IMG/VR virus record: IMGVR_UViG_3300003323_000990
Coordinates: 1 to 64,000 of that record
Origin: a virus
Reading direction: 5' to 3' (one strand)
DNA length: 64,000 nt
The translations under genes and the position numbers were made by a program. Of this stretch, positions 55,682-63,787 are shown piece by piece (the stretch's first letter is position 1; every line of letters starts with the position of its first letter). The notes below the pieces were generated by a model, which did no database searches, had not been told where the DNA came from, and saw only the letters and a program-made list of their open reading frames with translations.

Positions 55682-55748
55682 CAGTAAAATTTTCCAGAGT
55701 ACCATACTATTACCAATAAATCACTAAAATTTTTAAAACCACAAAACA

Positions 55749-56273
55749 ATGGGTAAATTAACCTTTAAAACTTATGAAGAAGCTCAGGAGAGCTTATCAG
55801 CTACTAAAGAAGAACTCAAGGTAGCAAAGGAGGAGAAAAAAGAATACGCAAAAGAACACGGCCTTTCCTCAAAAGAGGACCATTCAGAAGATCCCAAACA
55901 TGGGAAAACCTGGAAGAAACTCAAAGCAATGGTGGAAAAAAAAGAAGGCATCATTGAAGAGACCAAAGCCTGGATGGCTGACAACAAACCAGTAAAAGAA
56001 CGTGCTGCCCGGGCGGTTAAGTATGATTACCCATCAGAAATGACTGCAGCGGAGAAAAAGAAATACAGGGCTGAGCAACGCCGGGAAAAAGCAAAAGCAG
56101 AGAAAGGAGAAAGTGGAGAAAAAACCGAAAAGAAATCCAAAAAGAAAGATAAAGCTGAAGAAGCTACCACAACCACTAAAGAAGAAAAATCCTCTAAAAA
56201 GGATAAAGGGGATAAAAAGGCGGACAAAAAAGCCGACAAGAAAAAATCCAAAAAAACTGATAACGAAGATTAG
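55749..56273 (+). CDS. Lys/Glu-rich protein with histone H1-like basic tail
   Basis: The C-terminal third is KKSKKKDKAEE...SSKKDKGDKKADKKADKKKSKK. A 118-nt leader follows cassette copy C. Confidence 0.65.
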   Translation: MGKLTFKTYEEAQESLSATKEELKVAKEEKKEYAKEHGLSSKEDHSEDPKHGKTWKKLKAMVEKKEGIIEETKAWMADNKPVKERAARAVKYDYPSEMTAAEKKKYRAEQRREKAKAEKGESGEKTEKKSKKKDKAEEATTTTKEEKSSKKDKGDKKADKKADKKKSKKTDNED

Positions 56274-56299
56274 TCTTCCCTCCTGCTGCCTGCAACCAA

Positions 56300-56350
56300 G
56301 CTCCGGGCCACCTTTCTTCAATTAGACGGGATTGGTACCGGGGCTTTTTT
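56300..56350 (+). terminator. possible terminator after the Lys-rich protein gene
   Basis: GCTCCGG pairs with CCGGGGC (one G-T wobble) and is followed by TTTTTT. The loop is unusually long at about 31 nt. Confidence 0.35.
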
Positions 56351-56375
56351 AATTAATTAGTTTAGAATAATTGCC

Positions 56376-57146
56376 ATGGAAACAAAGATGAGAATAAAGC
56401 TCTATAGCCCTGAAGGTGTTTTAGAATCCGATAGGCTAGTAGAGCAAAAAACTGAGTTTTCAGTTGGGCCTAAGAATAATCACCCCGGACCAATATCTCT
56501 TGAGGTTAATCTAAGGTCTGCTGAAGAATTAGAGGTACTAATAGATTACCTTCGTAAATTGAAGGGAGATTTACCTATAACCGCTAAAGAATCCTCTACA
56601 AAGAAAAATCAAACCTTGGAAGCAATGCTAAAGGATAAAGACCCTTTAAGGGAATTGATGGAAAATGCTCTATTAAAGGGAACCACCCAAGAAAAATTGG
56701 TAGAGTTCTTAAGGCAATACAATTTCGTATTCATTGCCTCTGATATCCTTAAAGAGGTACAAGAGGAAAAACCAGACATGTTCTCCTTTAAAAAGGAGGC
56801 TCATGAAGATTACCAATACCTTGTAAGGTTAATTAAGTTAGCTAAAGACCCAGCTAATGATAAGTACGATTTTAGATTGTGCTTCGGGATAAGGATAGTG
56901 GGCGAAAGGGTTGATAAGGTATTAATTTATTTCTGGGGTAAATTTAAGACCTTCAAAGAAATCCCCTGGGAAAACAAAAAGAAGATCAACTTCAAGAAGG
57001 TTGAGAAAGTCTATATATTCCCTGATTTTATGGATCATGGAGATCGTAAGAAGTGGAGACTTGAAAATCGTAAATTAGGACTAAACCCAGATTTACAGCC
57101 AAGTAAATTCTACACTAAGTTTAAGGATTACGTAAAGGTAGTATAG
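56376..57146 (+). CDS. hypothetical protein
   Basis: 256-aa ATG ORF. No motif recognised. Confidence 0.6.
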   Translation: METKMRIKLYSPEGVLESDRLVEQKTEFSVGPKNNHPGPISLEVNLRSAEELEVLIDYLRKLKGDLPITAKESSTKKNQTLEAMLKDKDPLRELMENALLKGTTQEKLVEFLRQYNFVFIASDILKEVQEEKPDMFSFKKEAHEDYQYLVRLIKLAKDPANDKYDFRLCFGIRIVGERVDKVLIYFWGKFKTFKEIPWENKKKINFKKVEKVYIFPDFMDHGDRKKWRLENRKLGLNPDLQPSKFYTKFKDYVKVV

Positions 57147-57163
57147 CCCGGGCTTTTATATTC

Positions 57164-57202
57164 GGGGTTATTTTTGGTTATAAAATTATTATATTGCATT
57201 AT
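57164..57202 (+). promoter_or_regulatory. early-promoter-like cassette copy D
   Basis: GGGGTTATTTTTGGTTATAAAATTATTATATTGCATTAT. Confidence 0.45.
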
Positions 57203-57578
57203 GCAATTAAAAATAAAAATTGAATTAACCGACACAGAGCGGAGGGTAGTAAAGAGGGTTTTATTAAAACAAATAAATGCCCTTAATACCATTAGCCAAG
57301 GGGGTGCACATGAGGATGTTGAAATGGAGTGTATTAAGTTTGAAGTATCTAAGGAGGATTTTTTTAATGCCGTGAGAAGGAACCTTAAAATATTTGAGGA
57401 AGCATATGATAATCCCGAAAATATCCTTAGTTTATTGGATGAAGAGCACATCTCAATAATAAAACACATCTTATTTAACATAAAGGTAAAATCTCAGGAG
57501 CTAAACATGGGTAAAAGAAAAGTTTGGGATAAATTAACTATCTGGGATAACATTAATCACTATTCAAAATCAAATTAA
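57201..57578 (+). CDS. hypothetical protein
   Basis: The track start at 57174 is TTG, inside cassette copy D. The first ATG at 57201 lies only 4 nt after the TTATATTG element, so the start is unresolved. Confidence 0.45.
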   Translation: MQLKIKIELTDTERRVVKRVLLKQINALNTISQGGAHEDVEMECIKFEVSKEDFFNAVRRNLKIFEEAYDNPENILSLLDEEHISIIKHILFNIKVKSQELNMGKRKVWDKLTIWDNINHYSKSN

Positions 57579-57579
57579 T

Positions 57580-57795
57580 ATGGAAAGAACACCAGTAACA
57601 TCTTCTCAGATTAACTCCATTGGATACGATCCCAATAGCAGAGTATTAGAGGTGGAATTTAACAATAATAGGGTATATCAGTATCATCCCGTTACAGAAG
57701 AATGCCACCTGGAATTAATGAATGCAGAGAGCAAGGGAAAATACTTCAATGCAAACATTAAAAACAACGAACTCATCACTACAACTAAACTGTAA
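57580..57795 (+). CDS. KTSC-domain protein
   Basis: SSQINSIGYDPNSRVLEVEFNNNRVYQYHPVTEECHLELMNAESKGKYFNANIK matches the KTSC domain pattern. Confidence 0.7.
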   Translation: MERTPVTSSQINSIGYDPNSRVLEVEFNNNRVYQYHPVTEECHLELMNAESKGKYFNANIKNNELITTTKL

Positions 57796-57797
57796 AA

Positions 57798-58310
57798 ATG
57801 GCCACAATCCCGACTTCGGGAAATGCACTGAAGTTTAGCAACCTGCCATTATTTCAACCACACTATACTCCGAGAGAAATCTTGGAGTTAGGTGTTTTTG
57901 GTGGTGCCTATTTCTTTAGATTATCTTCCCGAAAAGATATCCCCCCTGTATTATTTGAAGGTCTACCCAGAAATAAATATAGCAATGATCTAGCAGATAA
58001 TTCTATAAATTACTTCCAAGTAGATACGTACAATCGTAGAAGAGACTATAAGATACCCTTTGAATTAAAAATGAGAGACCCAGGGGGATGGTTCCAGTGG
58101 TACTCTAAATTTTTCTATGGTAGAACAGATAATAACCGGGATAGTTATCGGTTAGAGCAATGGATAGATGAGCTTCAAACCATTATGTTCTACATAAAGA
58201 AAACTTGCCAGCAGCAGGGTAAACCCTTAACTGATTTAACGGTAGAACCAGGCTGGAGACAACAAGCATTACAATTTGGTTGGGACTCAACAAAAGATTT
58301 TACACTATAA
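57798..58310 (+). CDS. hypothetical protein
   Basis: 170-aa ATG ORF with conserved-looking blocks ELGVFGGAYF and GGWFQWYSKFFYGR. Family not recognised. Confidence 0.6.
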   Translation: MATIPTSGNALKFSNLPLFQPHYTPREILELGVFGGAYFFRLSSRKDIPPVLFEGLPRNKYSNDLADNSINYFQVDTYNRRRDYKIPFELKMRDPGGWFQWYSKFFYGRTDNNRDSYRLEQWIDELQTIMFYIKKTCQQQGKPLTDLTVEPGWRQQALQFGWDSTKDFTL

Positions 58311-58321
58311 ATACCTAAATA

Positions 58322-58744
58322 ATGGCAGATAATTTTAAGGAGATAAAAACCCTCACATTTAGGAATACCGCTCTAACTAATACTGATGCTATCTTAGTAA
58401 GGAGCAATACTGGAGCAGTAAATTGGATGCTAACCACTGCTATAAAGGATTTTATGTCTGCTGGTACTCCCACTGCAGACGTAGTAACTATAAGTAGTAA
58501 CTCTCAACCATACGTAGCTAGTACTACTGGCTCGGCTATAGTGGACGATATACTAATAACTTCCCCAGCCGCAACTAGTTTTAGTATAGGTACAACTCCC
58601 AATGGGGATGAAGTATTTTTCCCCACACCCGTGGCTGCAAATACTCCTTTGGTGGTGAGTATAAAATATCCAGTTGCTCAAAATCAAGTTCTATACCTAA
58701 ACGGCCTTCCTTCGGGGGCTACAGCAAAAATTTATAAAAAATAA
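58322..58744 (+). CDS. hypothetical beta-rich protein (probable partner of the downstream fibre)
   Basis: 140-aa ORF ending 3 nt before the 1345-aa gene. Ser/Thr/Ala-rich and beta-like. Confidence 0.55.
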   Translation: MADNFKEIKTLTFRNTALTNTDAILVRSNTGAVNWMLTTAIKDFMSAGTPTADVVTISSNSQPYVASTTGSAIVDDILITSPAATSFSIGTTPNGDEVFFPTPVAANTPLVVSIKYPVAQNQVLYLNGLPSGATAKIYKK

Positions 58745-58747
58745 ATT

Positions 58748-61700
58748 ATGAAAAGATTACTTCTGTTTTTACCCCTTATACTGGGGTTTATTATTCCCTC
58801 CACAGCTCAAGTTTTACAGGGTAATACCCTAAGGATAAGAGATAGTCTATGGCTGAGAGATAAGTGGATAAGAGATATAAGCATTGACCAGCAATTATCA
58901 GGGAACTCAGACCAAATACTTGCTACTCAGAAGGCAGTAAAGGCCTATGTAGATTCTAAAATTGGCCTAACTGCTATAGCTGATACTGTAAATACTATTA
59001 ACCGGTTAATGGCCTATACTGGGAATGCTGGAGTAATATTTCTGATGGATAATGAAAGGGCGGGGTCAGCTCCATTATTTAAATACATACCCGCAAATAT
59101 CCCTGTAGATAGTGGTATAGTATTTCCTGCTACGGGTAAAGGATCTGGAAGATGGGTAAGACAATGCAGTATTAATACTATTGAGGCTGCCTGGTTTGGG
59201 GTATTACCAAATGGGCAGGATGTATCAAGGCAAATGAATAAGATACTGGAAACTTACTCTCCAGTTACCAACACAACTGATACTATTGGTGTGTCTATAA
59301 AATTGCCCCGAGGAATAATCCGGTTGAAGAGTATTATAATTGGTAGGGGTGTAAAAATATGGGCAGATCAGGAGGCTGTAAACAATGTGGATGCCTATGT
59401 GCAAAGTAAAGTAATGCCTGCACCTGGTGCTGATTATGTATTTGACTTCAGTGAAATTGCTTTTAATTCTGGCCTTGTAAACATATACCTTGATGGGGAT
59501 TTTACAAATAATCCAAACTTAATTGCGGGAATACGATTCAGAGGAGCTTTTAACTACTTAAGGAATAATAATATTATTAGATGCCCCAACTATGCTGTTT
59601 GGTCTAGCTGTGGTTCATTTAGGGTAACTAATAATAATTTCCAGGGACAAGCTGCTCCTAGTATACCATTTTCATCTTACCAGGATTATCATGGAGCATT
59701 GCATATTACTGCAGCTGGCGACTCTTACCTAAGAGATAATGAGATTGGAGCTTATGCGCCTTACCTTACTGGACAGGTAAGTAATCCTATTAACATCATT
59801 CGGGACTATCCACTGAGAAGGATAGTTTCGTTGTTTGCAGGCTATTTAGGTAATTCATATGTATCGGGTAATCTATTTGAGAATGGGGATCAGGGGGCAG
59901 TTATTAATGGGGGTATATACGGTAACTATAGGGATAATAGGTATGAGATGAATGGAGGTGGTGGGCTACACCTACGGAACGGGATGTATTACACAACATT
60001 TACCGATGAGAAATTTGCTAATAACTCCCTTGCGGTTAACGGGGGATTTTCAGATTTAGTACTTGACACTGGAGCAGTAGCATTTTGCACATTTGCTCAT
60101 CCTGTATTTTTAAAGATGCCCCACCCAGCAATACCTACTTCTAATTTTAAGGTAAAGTATAATATCGTAAATTATACGGGACCCAAAGGTAATACCTTAA
60201 TTACTCCAAGGTTCGCAGACAGAAGTGCTGAGGTATCAAAATACGATAGCCTTGGTAATTTTGACACAACCGTGCAAGCAGCTAAATTCAATTGGGTTGA
60301 GGGTCATGAGGACCCAACTAATCCAATATTTGATGGAGCTATATTTGGGTATACGGGTAAAGGAGACGGAACAGTAAAGGGTAGCGTACGAATAGCTCCT
60401 GGGTCTACAACAGCATTGGGGGGAAGAACCGGCACTATATCATTCTGGGAACCCTTAGCAGTAGCTCCTACTTCCCAGATAGGATTTAATAATGATGGTA
60501 ATTTAGATTTCTCTTTGTTTGGAACGAATAAGCAGTATATTTTTGGCAATGGAAGCATGATCTTGGCTAAACCTGGGCCTAACTCAATATCCCTGCAAAG
60601 TAATGATGCTGGGGGAAATACTACCTCTATAAATTTTAACAGTAGTCCCACATTTACCAAGACGGCGGGTATAAGTCTAACTACAGATGGATCACTTAAT
60701 ACTATTGCTACAGATAATATGACCTGGGCAACTGCTAATCAGGGTATATTTACTTTCCAAAACAGTAGTATGACTATTGCTAAAGCTGGAGGAGCTACTG
60801 TAAATGTAATTGGGGATGGGACGGGAAATAACTCATTCAGATTATCTTCCGATGGCATGGCTGCTCATTCAATGGAGTTTGGGCAAAATAATGCTACAGG
60901 GATGGCCTATATAAGAAGTGGAGATAGTATAGATATAGGTATTTCTCATAATTTTAAATTGGCTCCTAATGGTTTAACTTTTATCCCCCAAGCTCCAAAT
61001 CCTGCAACCCCTGGTAGGTATATGATATTAGCTAGAGATACTACTAATAATGGGGAAATGACCATTGTTAACCCATTGAATATACCGTCAAATACAAAAG
61101 CAGACAATGGGCTATCTTTAAGGCATGATACAGTAGTACTGGGAGGAAAACCCCTATTAGATAGTACAGTATTAAAAACTAATGGTTTTTGGTTTTCTGT
61201 AAGAAAAGATGTTAGTACAGATACTGCTATGTTTAATCTGGGTTTAACTAGGTTTGCTGGGCTAGTTTTCTCTGGGAATGATCTGTCCTTTAAGGATGTT
61301 TCTAGTAGTACCGAAACAGCAGTACAACAATATAACATAGGAGCTGGTGCCGGGACAACAATACAAGCAGGAGCTGCTGCAGCAGCAAACCCAGTAACAA
61401 AGCTAGTAGTAGATCCCCTGAGATTGGCTATGGGTACCGCCGGAGCTGGGGGATCATACATAAATGTTTCGCCCTCAGATAATGCCTCCGAATTTAAAAA
61501 TGCTCTGGTTTTGCAGGGGGGTACAAGAGCATCTACTGGGACTTATGCTCAATTAGCGCATTGGCAGCCAGTATTATCCTCAAATCCCGATAGTTATATA
61601 CGATTATCAGATAGTACAGTAAATATAGCTACTGACGGCCAGAGTCCGGGTGCAATGATAAATTTAACCTCTCCCCATATATATGCTGTTACCGACAGCA

Positions 61701-62785
61701 TGAATATTGCAGCCAATTACCTTGATATAGGCTATCCAAGTGGTTTTGCAGGAAGAGCTAAATTTCATCCTCTATTATCTGAATTTGGTTTATACAGCGG
61801 ATATACAACGCCCTTCTCTTATTTGCAATTTATAACAGATGGCTCTACTTATGTACATAATACTATGTATGATGCCTTTTCAAAGGGTATAGTATATGCC
61901 AGTGATTATTCTGCAAATGGGCTTACTGATGATAATTGGCTAACTTCTCTAAAGGCGGTAAAAAAAATAGTACATGATAGTTTAGTAACTGCTGGGGGAG
62001 TAAATATATTTAACTCCGATGGTACATTAACAAGCAATAGGACTTTAGATGGTGCAACTAATTCTTATGGATTATCTCTAACCAATTTAAATTATTTCGG
62101 GGTATCAGGCACGGGGTCAATATCTATGTCTAATTCCGCAACAGGTGCTGGATTTGGCATGGATGGTTTTGGGGGCGTAACTATAAATGGGGGTACTGCT
62201 GGGGGAGTTGGTCCGGGGGTTAATATAACGACTGGGGATAACAGTAATATTACTTTAACTAATAATTATACTGCTGGGCAAAGGATAAAAATAAATGGGA
62301 TGCCCAATAACGTAGCGGAGGATAGTGTACTAACAACGGATAACACGGGCATAGTTAAGATGAAAAGTTTAACCAGCCTAAACCTGGATAAAGTTTTAGA
62401 GAATGGTAATTTAACTACACGGGTTGCTAATGTTGGGGGATTAGGAGTATCGGGTCCTGCTTATTTCAGTGGGGGAATATATTTATCTCAAAGAGCTCAG
62501 AACACTACAGGTAATTTAAACGTCGGGGATGAGGTTGTAACTGTAAATAACTCAGGTGCTGTAACTTTAACTCTACCTACTGCTGCAAGCTGTGATAAGA
62601 TGGTAGTATGGGTTAAAAAGCAAAGTGCAGCATCAAATGATGTTACTGTTAAGGGAAGTGGCTCTGAGCTTATTGATGGAGCAAACACTAAGGTATTAAC
62701 AATCCAGTATAGCTCTATATGTTTAAGGTCTAATGGCACTAAATGGGAGATAATAGAAGGACACGTAGGTAATGCAACTTATTGA
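58748..62785 (+). CDS. giant fibre / beta-helix (pectate-lyase-like) protein with Sec-type signal peptide
   Basis: N-terminus is MKRLLLFLPLILGFIIPSTA/QV. Fibre-collar motif LATQKAVKAYVDSK, repeated near aa 1065 as LTSLKAVKKIVHDSL. Asn/Gly-rich repeats (NNNIIRC.., GNLFENGDQG..) are typical of right-handed beta-helices. Confidence 0.7.
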   Translation: MKRLLLFLPLILGFIIPSTAQVLQGNTLRIRDSLWLRDKWIRDISIDQQLSGNSDQILATQKAVKAYVDSKIGLTAIADTVNTINRLMAYTGNAGVIFLMDNERAGSAPLFKYIPANIPVDSGIVFPATGKGSGRWVRQCSINTIEAAWFGVLPNGQDVSRQMNKILETYSPVTNTTDTIGVSIKLPRGIIRLKSIIIGRGVKIWADQEAVNNVDAYVQSKVMPAPGADYVFDFSEIAFNSGLVNIYLDGDFTNNPNLIAGIRFRGAFNYLRNNNIIRCPNYAVWSSCGSFRVTNNNFQGQAAPSIPFSSYQDYHGALHITAAGDSYLRDNEIGAYAPYLTGQVSNPINIIRDYPLRRIVSLFAGYLGNSYVSGNLFENGDQGAVINGGIYGNYRDNRYEMNGGGGLHLRNGMYYTTFTDEKFANNSLAVNGGFSDLVLDTGAVAFCTFAHPVFLKMPHPAIPTSNFKVKYNIVNYTGPKGNTLITPRFADRSAEVSKYDSLGNFDTTVQAAKFNWVEGHEDPTNPIFDGAIFGYTGKGDGTVKGSVRIAPGSTTALGGRTGTISFWEPLAVAPTSQIGFNNDGNLDFSLFGTNKQYIFGNGSMILAKPGPNSISLQSNDAGGNTTSINFNSSPTFTKTAGISLTTDGSLNTIATDNMTWATANQGIFTFQNSSMTIAKAGGATVNVIGDGTGNNSFRLSSDGMAAHSMEFGQNNATGMAYIRSGDSIDIGISHNFKLAPNGLTFIPQAPNPATPGRYMILARDTTNNGEMTIVNPLNIPSNTKADNGLSLRHDTVVLGGKPLLDSTVLKTNGFWFSVRKDVSTDTAMFNLGLTRFAGLVFSGNDLSFKDVSSSTETAVQQYNIGAGAGTTIQAGAAAAANPVTKLVVDPLRLAMGTAGAGGSYINVSPSDNASEFKNALVLQGGTRASTGTYAQLAHWQPVLSSNPDSYIRLSDSTVNIATDGQSPGAMINLTSPHIYAVTDSMNIAANYLDIGYPSGFAGRAKFHPLLSEFGLYSGYTTPFSYLQFITDGSTYVHNTMYDAFSKGIVYASDYSANGLTDDNWLTSLKAVKKIVHDSLVTAGGVNIFNSDGTLTSNRTLDGATNSYGLSLTNLNYFGVSGTGSISMSNSATGAGFGMDGFGGVTINGGTAGGVGPGVNITTGDNSNITLTNNYTAGQRIKINGMPNNVAEDSVLTTDNTGIVKMKSLTSLNLDKVLENGNLTTRVANVGGLGVSGPAYFSGGIYLSQRAQNTTGNLNVGDEVVTVNNSGAVTLTLPTAASCDKMVVWVKKQSAASNDVTVKGSGSELIDGANTKVLTIQYSSICLRSNGTKWEIIEGHVGNATY

Positions 62786-62829
62786 TGGGTAAAACTATTA
62801 TAATTTTTCACCCATTTACTCGCAAGGAA

Positions 62830-62859
62830 GGGGCGCCTATTTATTGGGCTCCCTTTTTT
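62830..62859 (+). terminator. intrinsic terminator, part of cassette copy E
   Basis: GGGG(c)GCC-tatttattg-GGCTCCC followed by TTTTTT. Confidence 0.55.
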
Positions 62860-62896
62860 ATTGTTTCTACTGGGTTACTATTTATTTATATTGCAT
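62852..62896 (+). repeat. 45-bp perfect direct repeat, copy 1 (terminator T-tract plus cassette copy E)
   Basis: CCTTTTTTATTGTTTCTACTGGGTTACTATTTATTTATATTGCAT is identical to 63289-63333. Confidence 0.95.
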
Positions 62897-62924
62897 TATT
62901 ATTAAAACCACATAAAACATAGGT

Positions 62925-63197
62925 ATGAAAAAAGTATATCAAGTTACAGCAGCAGAAAATGTTTACGTAGTTATTGCACGTAATAAAAGAAAAGCTAGAA
63001 AGGAGGTTTCTCAAGTACTAACGGGTATCTCCAGCATTGCTGATGTAGAGGTTAAACGTCCTAAGGTAAAAGTAGAGAGATTAAGAGCTAAAAAAACTAC
63101 GATCGTTTGCATGGGTGCACGCGGAACAGTATTCCCAATGATTGCTATCCCCGAGAGCCCAGCAGTTATGGGGAGAGTAGAAGAAAACCAGCCTTAA
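62925..63197 (+). CDS. hypothetical basic protein (90 aa)
   Basis: ATG ORF bracketed by two perfect copies of the 45-bp terminator-promoter cassette. Confidence 0.55.
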   Translation: MKKVYQVTAAENVYVVIARNKRKARKEVSQVLTGISSIADVEVKRPKVKVERLRAKKTTIVCMGARGTVFPMIAIPESPAVMGRVEENQP

Positions 63198-63270
63198 TTG
63201 ATACTATTAAAAATTACTCGATACATTTCCTACATAGGAAAACCAAGAATCATGGGAACACAAAATGTTA

Positions 63271-63296
63271 GGGGGCTTATCCAGGCCTCCTTTTTT
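63271..63296 (+). terminator. intrinsic terminator, part of cassette copy F
   Basis: GGGGGC-ttatccag-GCCTCC (one G-T wobble) followed by TTTTTT. Confidence 0.6.
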
Positions 63297-63333
63297 ATTG
63301 TTTCTACTGGGTTACTATTTATTTATATTGCAT
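63289..63333 (+). repeat. 45-bp perfect direct repeat, copy 2 (terminator T-tract plus cassette copy F)
   Basis: Identical to 62852-62896, compared base by base. Confidence 0.95.
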
Positions 63334-63345
63334 CAAATTATAAAT

Positions 63346-63786
63346 ATGATAGAGATACTTATTAAACTTTATGGGGTGAAAGCTTTAAAGGAGGCAATAG
63401 CAGCTTATGAAGAGAAAATTGCGCTTAAAACTAATGATATTAAAGATCCTATCACAGAAAAAGATCCTTGGGATTTCAGGTATACTAAGGGTAACTCCAC
63501 TAAATGGGAAAAAATAGAATACTCCTGTGGAGATTGCCACTCAGACATATCCTATGAGGATTGGAGCATAAGAATCTGCCCAGTATGTACAAGCAGAGCA
63601 GTGGGAAGCAGGGGGGATAAAATGTGGAGGAAGGTTTATTGGGGTGGAAGATGGATTTATCAATTCCAATTTATGGGATGGCACAGTGTTTCCCATTACG
63701 CAGCTGAGACTTATACGGGACCTTTTAAGAAGCTTAAACATTTTATAGGCAGAGAAAAACCTTTTGACACTTTTAATAGATCATAA
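63346..63786 (+). CDS. hypothetical Cys-containing protein
   Basis: The track start at 63265 runs through the terminator and cassette. An in-frame ATG at 63346 (MIEILIKLYG...) follows cassette copy F. Zinc-ribbon-like CGDCH...CPVC. Confidence 0.55.
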   Translation: MIEILIKLYGVKALKEAIAAYEEKIALKTNDIKDPITEKDPWDFRYTKGNSTKWEKIEYSCGDCHSDISYEDWSIRICPVCTSRAVGSRGDKMWRKVYWGGRWIYQFQFMGWHSVSHYAAETYTGPFKKLKHFIGREKPFDTFNRS

Positions 63787-63787
63787 T

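Noticed and set aside
56027-56325. Antisense and alternative-frame ORFs (74, 95 and 70 aa) over the Lys-rich gene
   Set aside because: Artefacts of the AAR-rich low-complexity sequence.
57145-57158. 10-bp palindrome AGCCCGGGCT plus TTTT as a terminator after the 56376-57146 gene
   Set aside because: With a minimal loop only 3 bp can pair, which is too weak to call. Noted only as a palindrome containing CCCGGG.
60304-61461. Antisense ORFs of 118 and 171 aa inside the 1345-aa fibre gene
   Set aside because: No start context or motifs. Long antisense ORFs are expected by chance in a gene of this length and biased composition.
63265-63345. N-terminal hydrophobic extension (MLGGLSRPPFLLFLLGYYLF...) of the last complete ORF
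   Set aside because: It is the translation of the terminator plus the 45-bp cassette, which occurs identically upstream of a different gene. The in-frame ATG at 63346 is used instead.
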